A stretch of 64,000 nucleotides of DNA from Felis catus (GCF_018350175.1 NC_058383.1:27158001-27222000); one strand, 5' to 3'. Counted from the stretch's first letter, positions 23,891 to 36,849 are shown. The notes: a model not told the origin generated them from the sequence alone. Made by a program: numbers and translations.

Positions 23891-23990
23891 CCTTCCTTCC
23901 TTCCTTCCTTCCTTCCTTCCTACCTACCTACCTACCTTCACCTTCACCTTCACCTTCACCTTCACCTTCACCTTCACCTTCACCTTCACC
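23891..23990 (+). repeat. Compound microsatellite (CCTT)7(CCTA)4(CCTTCA)9
   Basis: Read directly. It abuts the tail of a minus-strand L2 (23990-24350). Confidence 0.97.
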
Positions 23991-24494
23991 AATATTCAAT
24001 GAATGTCTACTAGGATCAGTTACCCTGCCAGGTGCCAGCGATGCATAGAACAAAACACATATTGAATTTATCTTCAAGGAGCTTATACTTAACTGGGGTG
24101 GGGGCGGGGGGGGGGAGGGTGGAAAGGAGAGACAAACCTATTTTACAAAAGGTGTTGAATTCAATGAAGGAAATGCTTAATACAAAGGAGGGAGGAGATG
24201 GGGCCAGGGGATCAAAGGCCGACCCGGTCTTTATACTTTTCTGAAGATGCAACAGTGAAGCCAACATCTTAAACATGAAGAAGAGGGAGCCAGGTAAAGA
24301 GGCTGTCATTCCAGGCAAAGGGAAGGCCATGTATCAAGGTCTTAAGAGGTAAAAAATCTTACTATGAAGGATGAAAAAAACAGGGAGAAGGACTTCTGGT
24401 TTTTTTTGTAGTTTGTCTTTTTACTTTACGTTTCCTTATTTTTCAAATTTCTCTAGTGGAATGACAAAAACATATTGAATACACGATGAAGGGC

Positions 24495-24780
24495 CATTCA
24501 GTTCTTTCTTGAATGCCTCCAAAGACGGGAACCTAAGTGCTTTAAGAAGCAGCCAGCCATACTTGTGGTCAGTGTTGATCAATAGCTGTTTTCTTTCAAA
24601 ATACGCCCACCAGAAGGTTTTCTCTGTAGGTCCTAATTCTGCCTTTGAAGATTAGCACCACTGCTTCTGCTGTGGACCAGCCTCTCCAGTATATGAAAAT
24701 TGTTATTATACAATCACTCCACCCCATACCACCCTCCAAGCCCATGCCAAACGTGCTCCCCAGCTCATTTTGGTTTGCTC
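24495..24780 (-). mobile_element. CR1/L3 LINE fragment
   Basis: cttgaatgcctccaaagacgggaa...gcagcc...ggtcctaattctgcc...cagcctctccagtatatgaaaa resembles antisense L3. Confidence 0.55.
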
Positions 24781-26125
24781 CTGCTACACTGAGGACACCT
24801 GTTGTGTTTGTCATTCTCCTTCCTGAGAGTGACTAAGAGCTATCAGCCTATGGTTAAACAGTGCTCTTGATTAGGACCCTGCACTAGCATACCCTACGAT
24901 CACCACAGAAAAAAAGTTAAGCCTCCTGGGCATGTGACAGCACGGATTCATTCATTCGTTAAGTAATTGTGAGTGTCTGATGGCACTACACCCTGGGGGG
25001 AACAGCACTTAATAGAACAGATATACTACTTATTTGGGGAATAATTATCAAATACTTGCTGCTGGGGTGGCCGGCACTGGACCAGACGGACACACTTCTT
25101 CTTCCCACCGAGTCTCTAAAATGAGCATGGAATGGGATGAATGCTGTGTCTTGCCTTTCACCATATATAGCTTCGCGGTGGGGATAACCACCCTCTGCCA
25201 TGGTATCTGCACGAATCAGGTCTCCCAACGTGCTGGTTTAGAGTTCTCGTTCCTGTGAACCTTCCGCCCCTCCTTGATTAGCCTGGAAGACCAAGGACAC
25301 CTCGATTTCTCAACCATGGCTCAGAAGCTGCATCTAAGTTAGGGGGCTTCTGAGAATACCCTCTCCTAAACAAGAACACCTATAAATGAAGTGGCATAAA
25401 AAACTCATCTTAAACACGCCCTAGACATCGGACAAGAGAGCTCCAGGGCAAAGGGCAGTAGGAGCTTTTGAGACAGGATGGGGTTAAGATAAGCCTTTGA
25501 GGAGAGGGGACCTGCGCTATTAACAGCTTTCGAAGGCCACCGACAGTGACAACAATTTAAATTAAATTAAATTCAGTCAGCTCCAAAAGGAAACACGTGT
25601 AATGTTAATTTCATGGGTGTACCAATGTGTAAACCTAACAGATGATACTTAAATGAGAGAGGCAGAGAAATGACATTTGGTTAAATAATGCATCAGTGGG
25701 TAGAATTTGTTGAAACTGCCATTTGGAAAAAAAAACAAAAAAAACAAAAAAACACAAGCGTAACTCAAAATTGAGCAAGCTGTCACCCGGGCCAGGTCAC
25801 CCACGCGTACTCGGTGCACTGTGCTCGAGAGGAGAAGGGGCAGTAGGGCATGGACGAATTTAGGGGACTCGGGCCAGTGAGCCCTGCTGATTTTCAGTGC
25901 CCTCCTGTGTGCCTGGGCAGACACGACCATCTGCTTGTCTTTCCGAACAAGTGAAACCTCACCCTGGGCAGGAAATGTGCCTGCTTGTTTATTTCCTTTT
26001 ATTTCTTAAAAGCAACGGATGACTCAAGACTTAAGGCATGAGAAAATGGGCAAAGGTGGCTTTCCTTTTTATTCCTGCGTCCTGGCACACAGTAGGCAGT
26101 CAGGCATTTAATGGGAACTACTTGA

Positions 26126-26314
26126 GGGGCCCCTGGGTGGCTCGGCTGGTTAAGCGTCCGACTTCCGCTCAGGTCATGATCTCACAGTTGGTGAGTTCGA
26201 GGCCCGCGTTGGGCTCACTGCTGTCAGAACAGATCCCACTTCAGATCCTCTCTCTCCCTCTCTCTCTGCTTCTCCCCTGCTCATGCTCGCTCTCAAAAAA
26301 CAAACATTAAAAAA
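26126..26314 (+). mobile_element. Can-SINE
   Basis: ggggcccctgggtggctcggctggttaagcgtccgacttc. Confidence 0.92.
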
Positions 26315-26609
26315 CGTGGGATTCACGAATAACATGGACATTCCTTCTGCAGTGTCTTCCAGTATACCCTCATGTTAGACTCCATCATGACTCTAACGCT
26401 GTCGGCAACCATCACCTCCAATCCACATTCCCCTGACAGAGTGGTCTGGAGGTCCCTGTCCTTGTCCACTTGCTGTCATTCCTTTTCAATATCAACAGAA
26501 ACTAGTCCTTTGGTCAATAAAGCTATGGGAACCCATCGATTGGAAAGAAATGGGACTTTGCTAAAGATGCTGATCTGAGAAACAATGTGTCTACTGAGCC
26601 TGGCAGAAA

Positions 26610-26890
26610 CCTAACATTCATAAAGGCTAACGTTTGGTCGAGTGCATACGACATGCGCATACGACATGCCAGGCACTGAGTCAAGTGTGTCTCTGGGTTT
26701 TTTTCTGTTGGTTCTGTTGCAGTGTTTTTCATTCCATTCTCATAAAACACGGGGAGGCAGGAGCCATCACCAACCTCATCTTACAGAGGAGACTGACAGA
26801 GGTCAGGCAAGATGATCGAGATCACACAGCTGGTGGCCAAGCTGGGCTGTGAACCGCGGCTCATGTGATTTCAGAGCTCCTACCCTGTTC
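26610..26890 (-). mobile_element. MIR
   Basis: catgccaggcactg...catcttacagaggagactga...agatcacacagct. Confidence 0.7.
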
Positions 26891-27339
26891 TGCCTTAAAC
26901 GCATCACGAGCCTGTATCAGATGACAGATGAAGAAGGGAAGGGAAGGTGACTGCTTCTCACGGGAAGCCTCAGCACCGGGACCTGTGTGACCCAGGGCCA
27001 TGCAAGGCTCTGCAGCCCTAACATCTCGTCACATTGCTGGCTGGTGCCAACGAGGGTTCATTTCTCCCTGATGAGCTGCTGTCCTCCGAGAGGTCCTTGA
27101 GGACCCAAGCTGTTTCTACTTCACTCCCCCCAAGTCCTCTGACACCAAGCACACAGAGGAGAAGGGGACCCGTGTGAAGAATTCATACCCACGCGTAACT
27201 GCCTCAGCCAGGAAGTGAACCCTCACTCCCAGTAATAGGGAGACCCGGTCACAGGACCTCGCCCAGAAGCGTAGGAGTGGATGACAGAGAAGGGAACATG
27301 GGTCCCTGAGGAACATTCAGTTTATGACACAGAAACATA

Positions 27340-27570
27340 GTGAGTAACGCTCTAATGAACCCAGAGGCAATTTGGGCCCCCAGGGAGCATTTAGCAACGT
27401 CTGAAGACGTTCTCGGTTATCACGACTGGGTGAGAAGGTGCTACTCATATGCAGGGGACAGAGGCCAGGGATGCTGCCTCACATCCCAGGGTGCGCAGGG
27501 CAGCCCCACCCCCAGCACGGGGTTCCTCTGATTCCCAATATCAAGTGCCAGAGCGGAGGAACTGCTTGGA
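27340..27570 (+). mobile_element. MER20-like MITE
   Basis: ccccagggagcatttagcaacgtctgaagac...cagaggccagggatgctgc. Confidence 0.75.
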
Positions 27571-27614
27571 GCCAGGGACTCTCAAGAAGGTACCATTAAA
27601 CACGCAGGTCCCTA

Positions 27615-27800
27615 GGGGGCGCCTAAGTGGCTCAGCCGGTTAAGCGTCTGACTCTTGGTTTCAGCTCAGGTCAGGATCTCACAGTTCCGTGAGTTCAAGC
27701 CCCGCGTGGGGCTCTGTGCTGACAGCGTGGAGCCTGCTTGGGATTCTTGCTCTCTGCCCCTCCCCTACTTGCTCTTTGTTTCTCTCAAAATAAATGAATT
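27615..27800 (+). mobile_element. Can-SINE
   Basis: gggggcgcctaagtggctcagccggttaagcgtctgac. Confidence 0.92.
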
Positions 27801-28329
27801 AGGAAAAAATGCAGCTCCCAGAGCTCCTCTGGTGATTGTGATGGCCACTATTTGCGGCCACACCCGGGAAAACCTCACGGGGCAGGAGAGGCAAGAATAC
27901 CAAGGGGGGGTGGGTGGGGGAGAGGCACCAATGGAATCGTGCTGAGACACTCTCGGAATGTGTCAGGGTCAGTGTGAGGCAGCTATGGGGGGGCGCGGGA
28001 AGCTGACATTTGTTAAGTGCCTCTCTCTTGCAAGCCTTGAATTGCGGGGAACATATTCTAAGACTAACCTGTCAGCCAATGACAACTAAATTACTAACCT
28101 TGCCTTCCCCCGTGCCCCATATCCCTGTCAGATACACAGCCACATTAACAGAGGAATGCTTCTTGGAGATGTGTTCCCTGCATCGTGGAAGGTGACCCTT
28201 TTATCAGAAAAGAGCCATGTGGTCACGTATGTGGTCACATGTCCTTCAAAAGGGCCAGCGGCCTCTGGCTCGCCTAGAAATAGCTGGAAAGTGAGGCAAT
28301 CAAGACCAGAGCAGTAGAACAGCAGAGTG

Positions 28330-28710
28330 GTGGAGGCTCTCCATCAAACCCACTGCTGGTTTTCCCCTGGCATCCACCGGCACCTGCTTCCCAGCATCCT
28401 CTGCAGTTACATCTTGTCAAATGGCTGTGCTTTAGCTGAAAAAGCTAAGTATAAGTCACGAGCCTAAGTTCTAGGCTTAACCCGTGGATATTTCCCCCTC
28501 TCCCCCTCCGTGCTTTTTCTTCCTTCCCTGGGTGCCCAAGAGCATGGCCGCCTTGGGTGCCATGTGCTGGAGAAGGTGGAGCCACAAGATGGAAGGGGCC
28601 TGGGTCCGTCAATCACTACTTGGAGGGGGGCCAGTAAACCTCCTTCCTGTCTGACGCATTATACATTACTCTGCCTGTTTGGTCAATTAGCTAATGTTGC
28701 CCTAATACAG
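28330..28710 (+). mobile_element. Old MaLR LTR (MLT1J-like)
   Basis: ttcccagcatcctctgcagtta...gtggagccacaagatggaaggggcctgggtcc...ctaataca. Confidence 0.65.
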
Positions 28711-29885
28711 TGACTGTACATCTGGGCTGTGAAGGCAGAAAGGTCTAGGGCCAGTACCTGCTCGCTGCACGATCTGAAGAAGTTAGAAGAACCTCTGTGA
28801 GGATCTAGTTTCCCTAAATGAAAAATGGAAATAAAATACGTGGGAGGATGAGCCCATATGCCCTACTTAGAGGGTGTGGCTGAAAGGAACCATCTCGTAG
28901 CTGTCAGCCATTCTAGATGTTCTCAGCCTTGCTCACATCCTGTTATCAGCCGGTCGGCAGGAGGGGAAGCAAGGCATGGAGGTTGGCAAAGGCACGATCG
29001 CCTAGTTACTGGCCTCAACACTGTAGCTTTCTTGAATGAGCAAATGGGTGAACAAATCCCTTTAGCGGCACTGCCTTCCACACAGAGCACGCACGCGCAA
29101 GTCTCATCTCCCCTGGAGGACAGGATCCACTTTTGACTTAGCTCGCTTCCCTCCTCAGTCTGAGCAGAGTGCCCTGGACCAAGGGTTGTACTGTGTGGCA
29201 ACTCCTACTCAACCCCACCACTGAGTGACTGTACTGCTTGTGAGCTGATGCAGTGTAGAAAACACATACTTTATGTCACCAATTAACTAATTTTCTTATT
29301 TATTATACCTGGACAATTTATCCAATCTTACATCCCAAGCACCTAGCCCAGGGCACGCATAGCACATAGTGTAAACTGACTCGGGCTTTAGAGAATAAAT
29401 TTATAGTATTTTTTTTTTTTTGACACAAGTTGACTTCGCCTAATATTCTATCTCACTCAAAAAACCATGATGTCAGATCCTGGAATAAGATTGACAAAAG
29501 GGAGAATGTACATATTTATTTTTTGAAGAGAGGAAAAGGATGCTGGGGGAAATGGGGAAATGACAGGTGTCTGTCTGTATCAGCTCAAGAGAAAAAAAAA
29601 ACAAAAAACCCAACCAGCAAGTACATTGTACTTTCAAGTCAGGCAGGCCTCTCTCTGTGGGCTGGCTGAGTCACTTACTTGCTCTGTGGCTGTGAGCAAG
29701 AGGTTTCATCTCCTGAAGCCTCCTCAGCCTCCAAATCTATAAAATGGGTGTAGCACACACAGCCTGTGATCCGTCAAAATCCATTCTCCCCTCTTGTGTA
29801 TAGTTACAGGTGGGGAAGAGGCTGCCTGCCTGGGACCCCACTTCCTGGCCCCTCTTACAGAGAGGCACCCCCTAGGTGAAGACAG

Positions 29886-30112
29886 GAAGGAGTCAGCAAA
29901 CTTTTTCTGTAAGGGGCCAGATGGTAAACAGTTAGGGCTTTGCGGCCATACTGTTTTCTGTCGTGACTACTACTCTGCCGTGCCATCGTCTGGGAGAACA
30001 GCCACAGACAACCCCTGCAGAGATGCACGTGGCTGCATTCCAATTAAACCTGACTTACAAAACCAGAGCGGGCTGGATTTAGTCTGTGTGCCACAGGCGA
30101 CCAACTCCCGGT
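29886..30112. mobile_element. MER58A-like MITE
   Basis: gtcagcaaactttttctgtaaggggccagatggtaaa...ggctgcattccaattaaac. Confidence 0.85.
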
Positions 30113-30364
30113 TTAAGAGCAGCTCAGCCTACCAAACGTGGTCACTAGCCTTCCAGAAAGGGCCGTCTGATCAGACAGTCTGCCCCGCATGACCTCACAA
30201 GGCACCGATTCTTATAACACGAACACACACGTATACGCATTTTTCTAATTTATAACCGGTCTGTGTCCTTGATGTTCTCACCGTTTCCTTTTACACCAAC
30301 TCTTGCCTGGTCTTCAGCCATACCCCCGTGGGTTCTGTCACTTCCCTGGTCCTTCCCCTTTTGT

Positions 30365-30890
30365 AAGACTGCCCCCATAATTTGCATGGCCCAGTGCCAG
30401 AGAAAACGTGGGGCAGCTTGTTCAAAAATTATTAAGAGTTTAAGCAGAACATTTTTTGTTACATTTTTTTAATGTATGAAATTTATTGTCAAATTGGTTT
30501 CCATACAACACCCACTGCTCATCCCAAAAGATGCCCTCTTCAATACCCATCACCTACCCTTCCCTCCCTCCCACCCCCATCAACCCTCAGTTATTCTCAG
30601 TTTTTAAGAGTCTCTTATGCTTTGGCTCTCTCCCACTCTAACCTCATTTTTTTTTTCCTTCCCCTCCCCCATGGGTTTCTGTTAAGTTTCTCAGGATCCA
30701 CAGAAGAGTGAAACCATATGGTATCTGTCTTTCTCTGTATGGCTTATTTCACTTAGCATCACACTCTCCAGTTCCATCCACGTTGCTACAAAGGGCCATA
30801 TTTCATTCTTTCTCATGAGTTTAAGCAGAACATTAAATCACACACAGGCCTTTCTGGGCATGGGCTCTGTGTGCATGTCTGTCCACAAAT
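30365..30890. mobile_element. MER91A-like hAT-Tip100 MITE split by an L1
   Basis: cataatttgcatggcccagtgc...cttgttcaaaaattattaaga / gcagaacattaaa...ggctctgtgtg. Confidence 0.65.
30454..30816 (-). mobile_element. 5'-truncated felid L1 (L1_Fc-like) 3' UTR with 18-bp TSD
   Basis: atgaaatttattgtcaaattggtttccatacaacaccca. TSD gagtttaagcagaacatt at 30436-30453 and 30817-30834. Confidence 0.92.
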
Positions 30891-31767
30891 ACTCATTTGT
30901 ATTATCATCAGCCCGCCCAGAAAGTTTTCTAACTTTTTTGACAAGTCCAGGAACTTGCCACCTGCTTGCTGCCTGAAGGGTTGTGGGAATGGTTTTACAC
31001 ATCACAAGGAGGAGGAGGAGAAGGAGGAAAAAAAAAAAAAAAGAAAGAAACCCAATTTTCTTGTAGTCTATTACTTGTCAGACAGTGAAATGGGATATAA
31101 TTATGGTGTGACATTTCCAACAGCAAATATGTTCCAGTGTAAGCAATTAACATCGGTTCTTTTGGCAGGCTTAAGAAGATTACTCAGAGACTATGGTAAC
31201 TTACAATGCCCCATGAATAATAAATAACATAGAATCATGGGTAAGTTGCATACTAGGACTAAAGTTCAACTTTCGTGATGAAAATGGATAGGGTGCTGTT
31301 ACCCCTCTGCCAATTTTACGTGGCTGAAGCAGATTCGGGTCACAGGCTCTTTGGATTTATCTAAATTACTTATTTACCTTGCTCCTGTGAGCATCTTCAC
31401 CCCACCCTCTCCCCCCCCAAATCTGCATGTATTTATTTCAGCTGCTGGAAATCTGCATCAGGCGGTGGGTTTGGAGGTGACAGCTCAGGGACAGAGGGCT
31501 TGTGTTGAGACCTACCGTCTTTGGGGGCCGTCACGGTCTAATGTCTTAACTGAATGAACCTCCAAGATTTAGGAAAAGGCACACCTGGATGTGTGTCTCC
31601 ACTGGCTCGCCCAGTCTGGATGTAACCCAAGTAAGAGCAGCACCTCATGCCTGTATTTTTGCAGTTTGTGAGCCGCAGCCATCAAAATCAATAAAAAACA
31701 CTGAGAGTTTTAAGTTACACATCCTCGGGGGAGGCGTTCAAAGCCATGATTATGAGCAAAAGGCTTA

Positions 31768-31982
31768 GGGCAGGGTTTCTTACCCTTGCCACTATCGACG
31801 TTTCAACGTTGCTGCTGGATCATCTTCTGTTGGGAGTAGGGGGCTGCCCTGGGCGTTGCATGATGTCCAGCAGAGTAAGTGAATTCCACCTCATCTGTGC
31901 TCCCACGTCAGGAGTACCCCCCACTCAGTGGTGACAACCCAAAACGTCTCCAAACATTGCCCTGGGAGAACACCAGTTGAGA
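31768..31982 (-). mobile_element. MER20-like MITE
   Basis: cagggtttcttacccttgccactatcgacg...gtgacaacccaaaacgtctccaaacattgcc. Confidence 0.75.
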
Positions 31983-32304
31983 CAGACCTGGGTCCTCGGC
32001 TGTGTGGCCCTGAACAGATAAATGACTTCATCTCTCTGAGCCTCAGCTCCCTCAGATAGAAAGTTGAAAAACCTGTGCCTACCTTATAGCGACATTAAGA
32101 AGGAGCAGGAAGATTCATGCAGAGTGCCTCCGTGTTGGGTACTACGTAAGTGTCCAGTAAAAATTGGATGCTGTTTAGTCAATCACTTATTTGATACAGA
32201 GGTACTGATCACAGCAAAGCCAAGATACGTGCTGGGGATGTTAAGATGCATAGGCCACTCACTGTCCCTGCCCCTGGTGTGGGAGTGAAAAATACCAGTG
32301 GGCA

Positions 32305-32535
32305 GGGCCCCTGGGTGGCTCAGCCGGATGAGCATCCAAATTTGGCTCAGGTCATAATCTCGCAGTTCGTGGGTTCAAGCCCCACATCGGGCTCTGCTGT
32401 CAGCATGGAACCTGCTTTGGATCCTCTGTTCCTCTCTCTGCCCCTCACCCCCTACTCTCGGCATGTGTTCATGTGTTCTCTCTCTCAGGCACGCATGTGC
32501 AAAAATAAACATTAAAAAACAAACCAAAAAAAAAA
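32305..32535 (+). mobile_element. Can-SINE
   Basis: gggcccctgggtggctcagccggatgagcatcc. Confidence 0.9.
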
Positions 32536-32536
32536 T

Positions 32537-32745
32537 GGGGCACCTGGGTGGCTCAGTTGGTTAAGCCATCTGACTTCAGCTCAGGTCATGATCTCACGGT
32601 CCGTGAGTTTGAGCCCTATGTCGAGCTCTGTACTGACAGTTCAGAGCCTGGAGCCTGCTTCACATTCTGTGTCTCCCTCTCTCTCTGCCCTTCCCCTGCT
32701 CGTGCTCTGTCTCTGTCATTCAAAACTAAATAAAAACATTAAAGA
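32537..32745 (+). mobile_element. Can-SINE in tandem with the previous copy
   Basis: ggggcacctgggtggctcagttggttaagccatctgacttc. Confidence 0.92.
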
Positions 32746-35108
32746 AACAAAAACAGTGGTCAGACATGTAAACCAACAGCTTCAGTGCAATGGGCGACTT
32801 GCTGAAACAGAGGCATAGGGCAATGGGGATTTAGAGGAAAATATCCAAATCTTGGAGATTTTCAGAGAGACGACACTTGAGAGGAGTGAGTTTTCCAGGA
32901 AGACATGTATGATAAAGGGCATCCCAGGCAGAGGGAACTGTATGAACAAAGGCATGGTGGTAGGAGCCCCTCATAACTACCCAGAGCTCAGGACTGCTGG
33001 GGTGTGAGTTGCACAGTAAGGGCGGGGGAAGAGACGAGACAAGACAAGTAGGCAGAAGGCAAATGATGGAAAGCTCCGAGATATCAAAGCCAATGAATGC
33101 ATGGCAAAGCTCAGTCCCAGTTCTGCTCAGTAGGAAATGTACAGTGATTAATTAGCAATGTCTGCTTGAGCCCAGGGAGGAAGAAGAGACCCAACAGTGC
33201 AATGTATTTACTGGTTTTGTGATGGAAGGATTTTTATCGGGGGAGTGATAGGAAAAGGACATTTTTAAAAATTTACTCCAGAAATCGTTTTTTGTTGTTT
33301 TTTTTTAAAGGAGAGGTTAAAGAGAGGCAGAAGTAGAAGCAGGAGGAAGAGTAGGGGACTGACTGCAATACCCTGAGAGATGATAAAGGCCTAACAGGGA
33401 GGACAGGATGGTTGGGGAGGAGGTGACGGACACAAGAGGTGTTGAGAAGTTAAAACTGAGAGTCACCTTATGGATTTAAGGGAGTAGCAATATCATAGAG
33501 GTCCCTGGGTTTCTGGCTTGGGCAACTCGAAGGTTGGGGATGGTATTCCTTATGGAAAAATGTTGAGAATTTGGGGACAGAAAGATGGTGGGTTCTTTCT
33601 GGAACCCTGAGATGCCTGTGGGACCCCAGGGTAAAAATGTCCATTGACTGCTGGGTATGTGGAGCAGGAATTCAGATGAGGAACAAGGACCAGAGTCACT
33701 GGTTTACCCATGGCAGCTGGCACCACTGGCCACTCAATCATCTGCAGCTACCTCCTTTCCCAAACCCCAGGGAGGCCCAGCTGTAAATGAGAAAGACAGC
33801 TACTACCAGTGGGGTTCTCTCCTAATCTAAAACTATTCCCGATTGGTAGGATTAGTGAAGGATGACAGAAGAAAGTCATTACTGAATAATCCCCTGCACA
33901 TTTCATAGGCAACGTGGCATTCGTATGATCCTTGTAATCCAATTACACGATGCAGGAAGCTATATCTTAATTCCTGACTTCATTGTGACTTGCCAGGGCT
34001 GCAGGCAACCTTGTTTAATAAGGTATCACCTAAACATTGGACGGTGCATACAAAATGAACACAGGACACGAGAGGATGTGGAGACTAAGGGACAGGTCAC
34101 TGCTGCTTAGAAGACTTCCTGTTTCAAGCAGCCAATGGGAGACTCAGAACCTGGCCATCCTCCCTACTGAGGCTTATGATTGGGGGAGACTTTACCCTCC
34201 CCCCTCTCCATCCACCCTGTTTCTCCCTGGCCTGCGAACGCTGTGTGCCATCCGTCTGCTCGCTGGAAGTCATCTAACAATAGAATGGTAATCATTTTTA
34301 CATGGTTGCAATTCCTGAGTGGCTATTTCATACCTGGCACCGTCTGAGGCCCTCCACATACATTATTTGTCACAAGCACACAATCCTTGGGCTGAGTAGA
34401 TAGTACCCTCATTCTAAGACCATACAACCAGTTAGGGCTGGAGCTAGGTTTCAAAGTCAGATCCCTGTGATTTTTGAAGGTGGTGTCCTTTCACCTTTGG
34501 CACCAGGCCCTTACAGGGTGGGATTCCAGAACTGCCACAAAAAACAATGGGGCAAAGGGCCTGAACTCTAGCCAGGTGAGGGAAACCCCAGGAGACCAGC
34601 CAGTCCTAGTACGGACTCCACAGGAGGGCCAACTTGGGAGGCCTACTTCTGTGAGCCCAGCTGCATGCTTTGACCTGGATGGTTGAATACAACAGTGGTT
34701 AAACCTAAGGTCAGAACACATCAGGGAGGGAGTGGCCTCTCCGATCTGCATCAGACCATCATGAACTTACAGAATGGTGGCCTGTGCGACCAGGGCTGAG
34801 CTAGGCCCCAGGGAGGAAGCGCTTGTGGTGGGTATCTCAAACTTCAGCCCAAACAAGGGCTGCCACGTAAGATCCACAAGAGAAGCATGCTGGCCAGAGG
34901 CAGTAGCAAATCAGAGCCCACTCACCCTGCTAGACAGGAGAGATCACCTCTTAAGGGCTGGGTCTCTTAAGGGCTTCTTGCCATGGGGGGTGCAGTCCAG
35001 TGTTGGTAAATCTTCTGGTTTTCCACAAGATTCCAGAAATGCTGAATCTTATGTTCAATATTCCAAGTGTTAAAATGGTTACTAATTTACACTAAAAAAA
35101 TCTGTATG

Positions 35109-35247
35109 GGGGCACCTGGGTGGCTCAGTCAGTTATGAGTGTCATAACTCAGCTCAGGCCGTGATCTCAGGGTTGTGAGACTGAACATGGAGCCTGTTTG
35201 GGATCCTCTCTCTCTCTCTGCCCCTCCCACCTTGTCCCTAAAGAAAA
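35109..35247 (+). mobile_element. Degenerate, internally deleted Can-SINE
   Basis: ggggcacctgggtggctcagtcagtta...ggagcctgtttgggatcctctctct. Confidence 0.85.
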
Positions 35248-35265
35248 TATCATCTGTATGTGGGT

Positions 35266-35707
35266 GTACGGGTCACACAGGATCTCCCCAAAATTCACAT
35301 CCACTTGGAATCTCAGAATGTGACCTTGTTTGGGAATGGGGTCTCTGCAGATGTAATTAGGTAAATTAAGATGAGCTCATACTGTATTAGGGTGGGCCCT
35401 AAATCCAGTGACTGCTGTCCTCATAAGATCTCCACTTGAAGACACGTGGGGAAGAAGGCCAAGTGACAAGGGAGGCTAAGATTGGAACTGTGCATCTGTA
35501 GGCCAAGGATTGCCGGTAACGACCAGAAGGTAGGAGAGAGCCATGGATTCTCCTTCAGACACCCCAGAAGGAACCAGCATTGCCACCAACCTGGTTTCAA
35601 ACTCTGACCTCTACAATGCTTATTCTCTAGAAAGAGAGAGTGAACTCATGGTGTTTAAAGCCACCAAGCTTGTGGTCATCTGTTATGGCAGCCCCAGGAA
35701 AGTAACA
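35266..35707 (+). mobile_element. MaLR solo LTR (MLT1C-like)
   Basis: ctcagaatgtgaccttgtttggga...gcagatgtaattag...tagggtgggccctaaatccagtgac...ttatggcagccccaggaaa. Confidence 0.88.
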
Positions 35708-36271
35708 CCCTGAGCCAAACGACACACATCCGTGAGAGGAAAGCGTCCACTGGCCTTCAGCTGGTCCTGGGATCATGGTCTCGATCCCTCCTCTGCTTCC
35801 TCCTCTCCTGGACCTTCAGCAACTCACTCCCCCCTTGAAATGTTCCCTCTCCACCATGCCCTCCTTCCTTCTCTAGACCAAGTCAGATTTTCCTACCTTC
35901 ACATTTCCTGCCATTGGCTTCTCTAGCCTCCTCCCCATGACCAGGGGGAGTCTTGTGTGCTGGCCCCTGGAGTCTGGCCGCTGCCTGTTAGTCATTTGGA
36001 GATGCTTGTTCAAGGGAAGCCAGTGGAAAAACCAGGGGCTAGTTTTCTCCAGGTGTCTTTCTTCTCCAAAGCTTTGGCACCTCTGGGGGCACACCTCCCC
36101 TTCCAGGGACCCCCTGCTCCTTTGGCAGCCCAAGTACCGCCTTTTCTAGATCACGCAAGCTCTTTTGACTACTTTCCTCAGCTCAGTAGTGGCCTTTTCT
36201 TCATTCTGCAGACCCTTAAAGAGAAGAGTCTATCCTGTTATCTTTTCCATTTTAGCTCAAAATAAGCTAAC

Positions 36272-36479
36272 CCAGGGGCCCTCAACTGGTAATGATTTTG
36301 TATCCCAGAGGACACAGATCAACGTCTGGAGACCTTTTGGACTCTCATAACTGGGGCAGGGGTACTAGTGGCATCCACTGGGTTGGGGTTCAAGGACATT
36401 CAAAGCGCACAGGGTACCACTTGACAACGAAAAATGATTCAGTCCAAAATGTCAACAGTGCCACTATTAAGAAACCCTG
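36272..36479 (+). mobile_element. MER20-like MITE
   Basis: Ends ccaaaatgtcaacagtgccactattaagaaaccctg. Confidence 0.8.
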
Positions 36480-36589
36480 ATGTAACTTAACCCCAAAATT
36501 TGATGCTCTTGACTATTTATCTCATGACCTGTTTCTCTCAAGGGACCAGAGCCTTGAATATGCTCAAAGAGAAAAGATTCCTGCACTGC

Positions 36590-36740
36590 TTCTTAGAGAT
36601 TCCCAATGTGGGTTTATGCTTAAAAGGCTCTGACAATTTCTGCAGCCAAATAAAAACCTGTTTCACTTTGTTTAATCCTGTATTTCCTAAATGTATTTGA
36701 GTATAGAAACTCTTTGATTAGGCAACAGCCACTACATTCT
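36590..36740. mobile_element. MER103-like hAT fragment
   Basis: aaaggctctgac...aaacctgtttcactttgtttaatcctgtatttcctaaa. Confidence 0.5.
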
Positions 36741-36849
36741 TCTGAAAGAATCTGTAACACCTAACATTTACTGAGCATTTACTACATGCCAGCAGTGCCT
36801 TAAGCATTCACATGTACTGAAGCCTTTGTCCCCTACGGCACCGGCATAT

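Larger units (their letters stand above)
32180..33740 (-). mobile_element. Long L2 fragment interrupted by two SINEs
   Basis: ggcatcccaggcagagggaactgtatgaacaaaggcatgg...tttctggcttgggcaact...ttgagaatttgggga. Confidence 0.7.

Noticed and set aside
23891..23990. CRISPR-like or telomeric array
   Set aside because: There are no unique spacers and the motif is not TTAGGG. It is a simple compound microsatellite in a mammalian intron.
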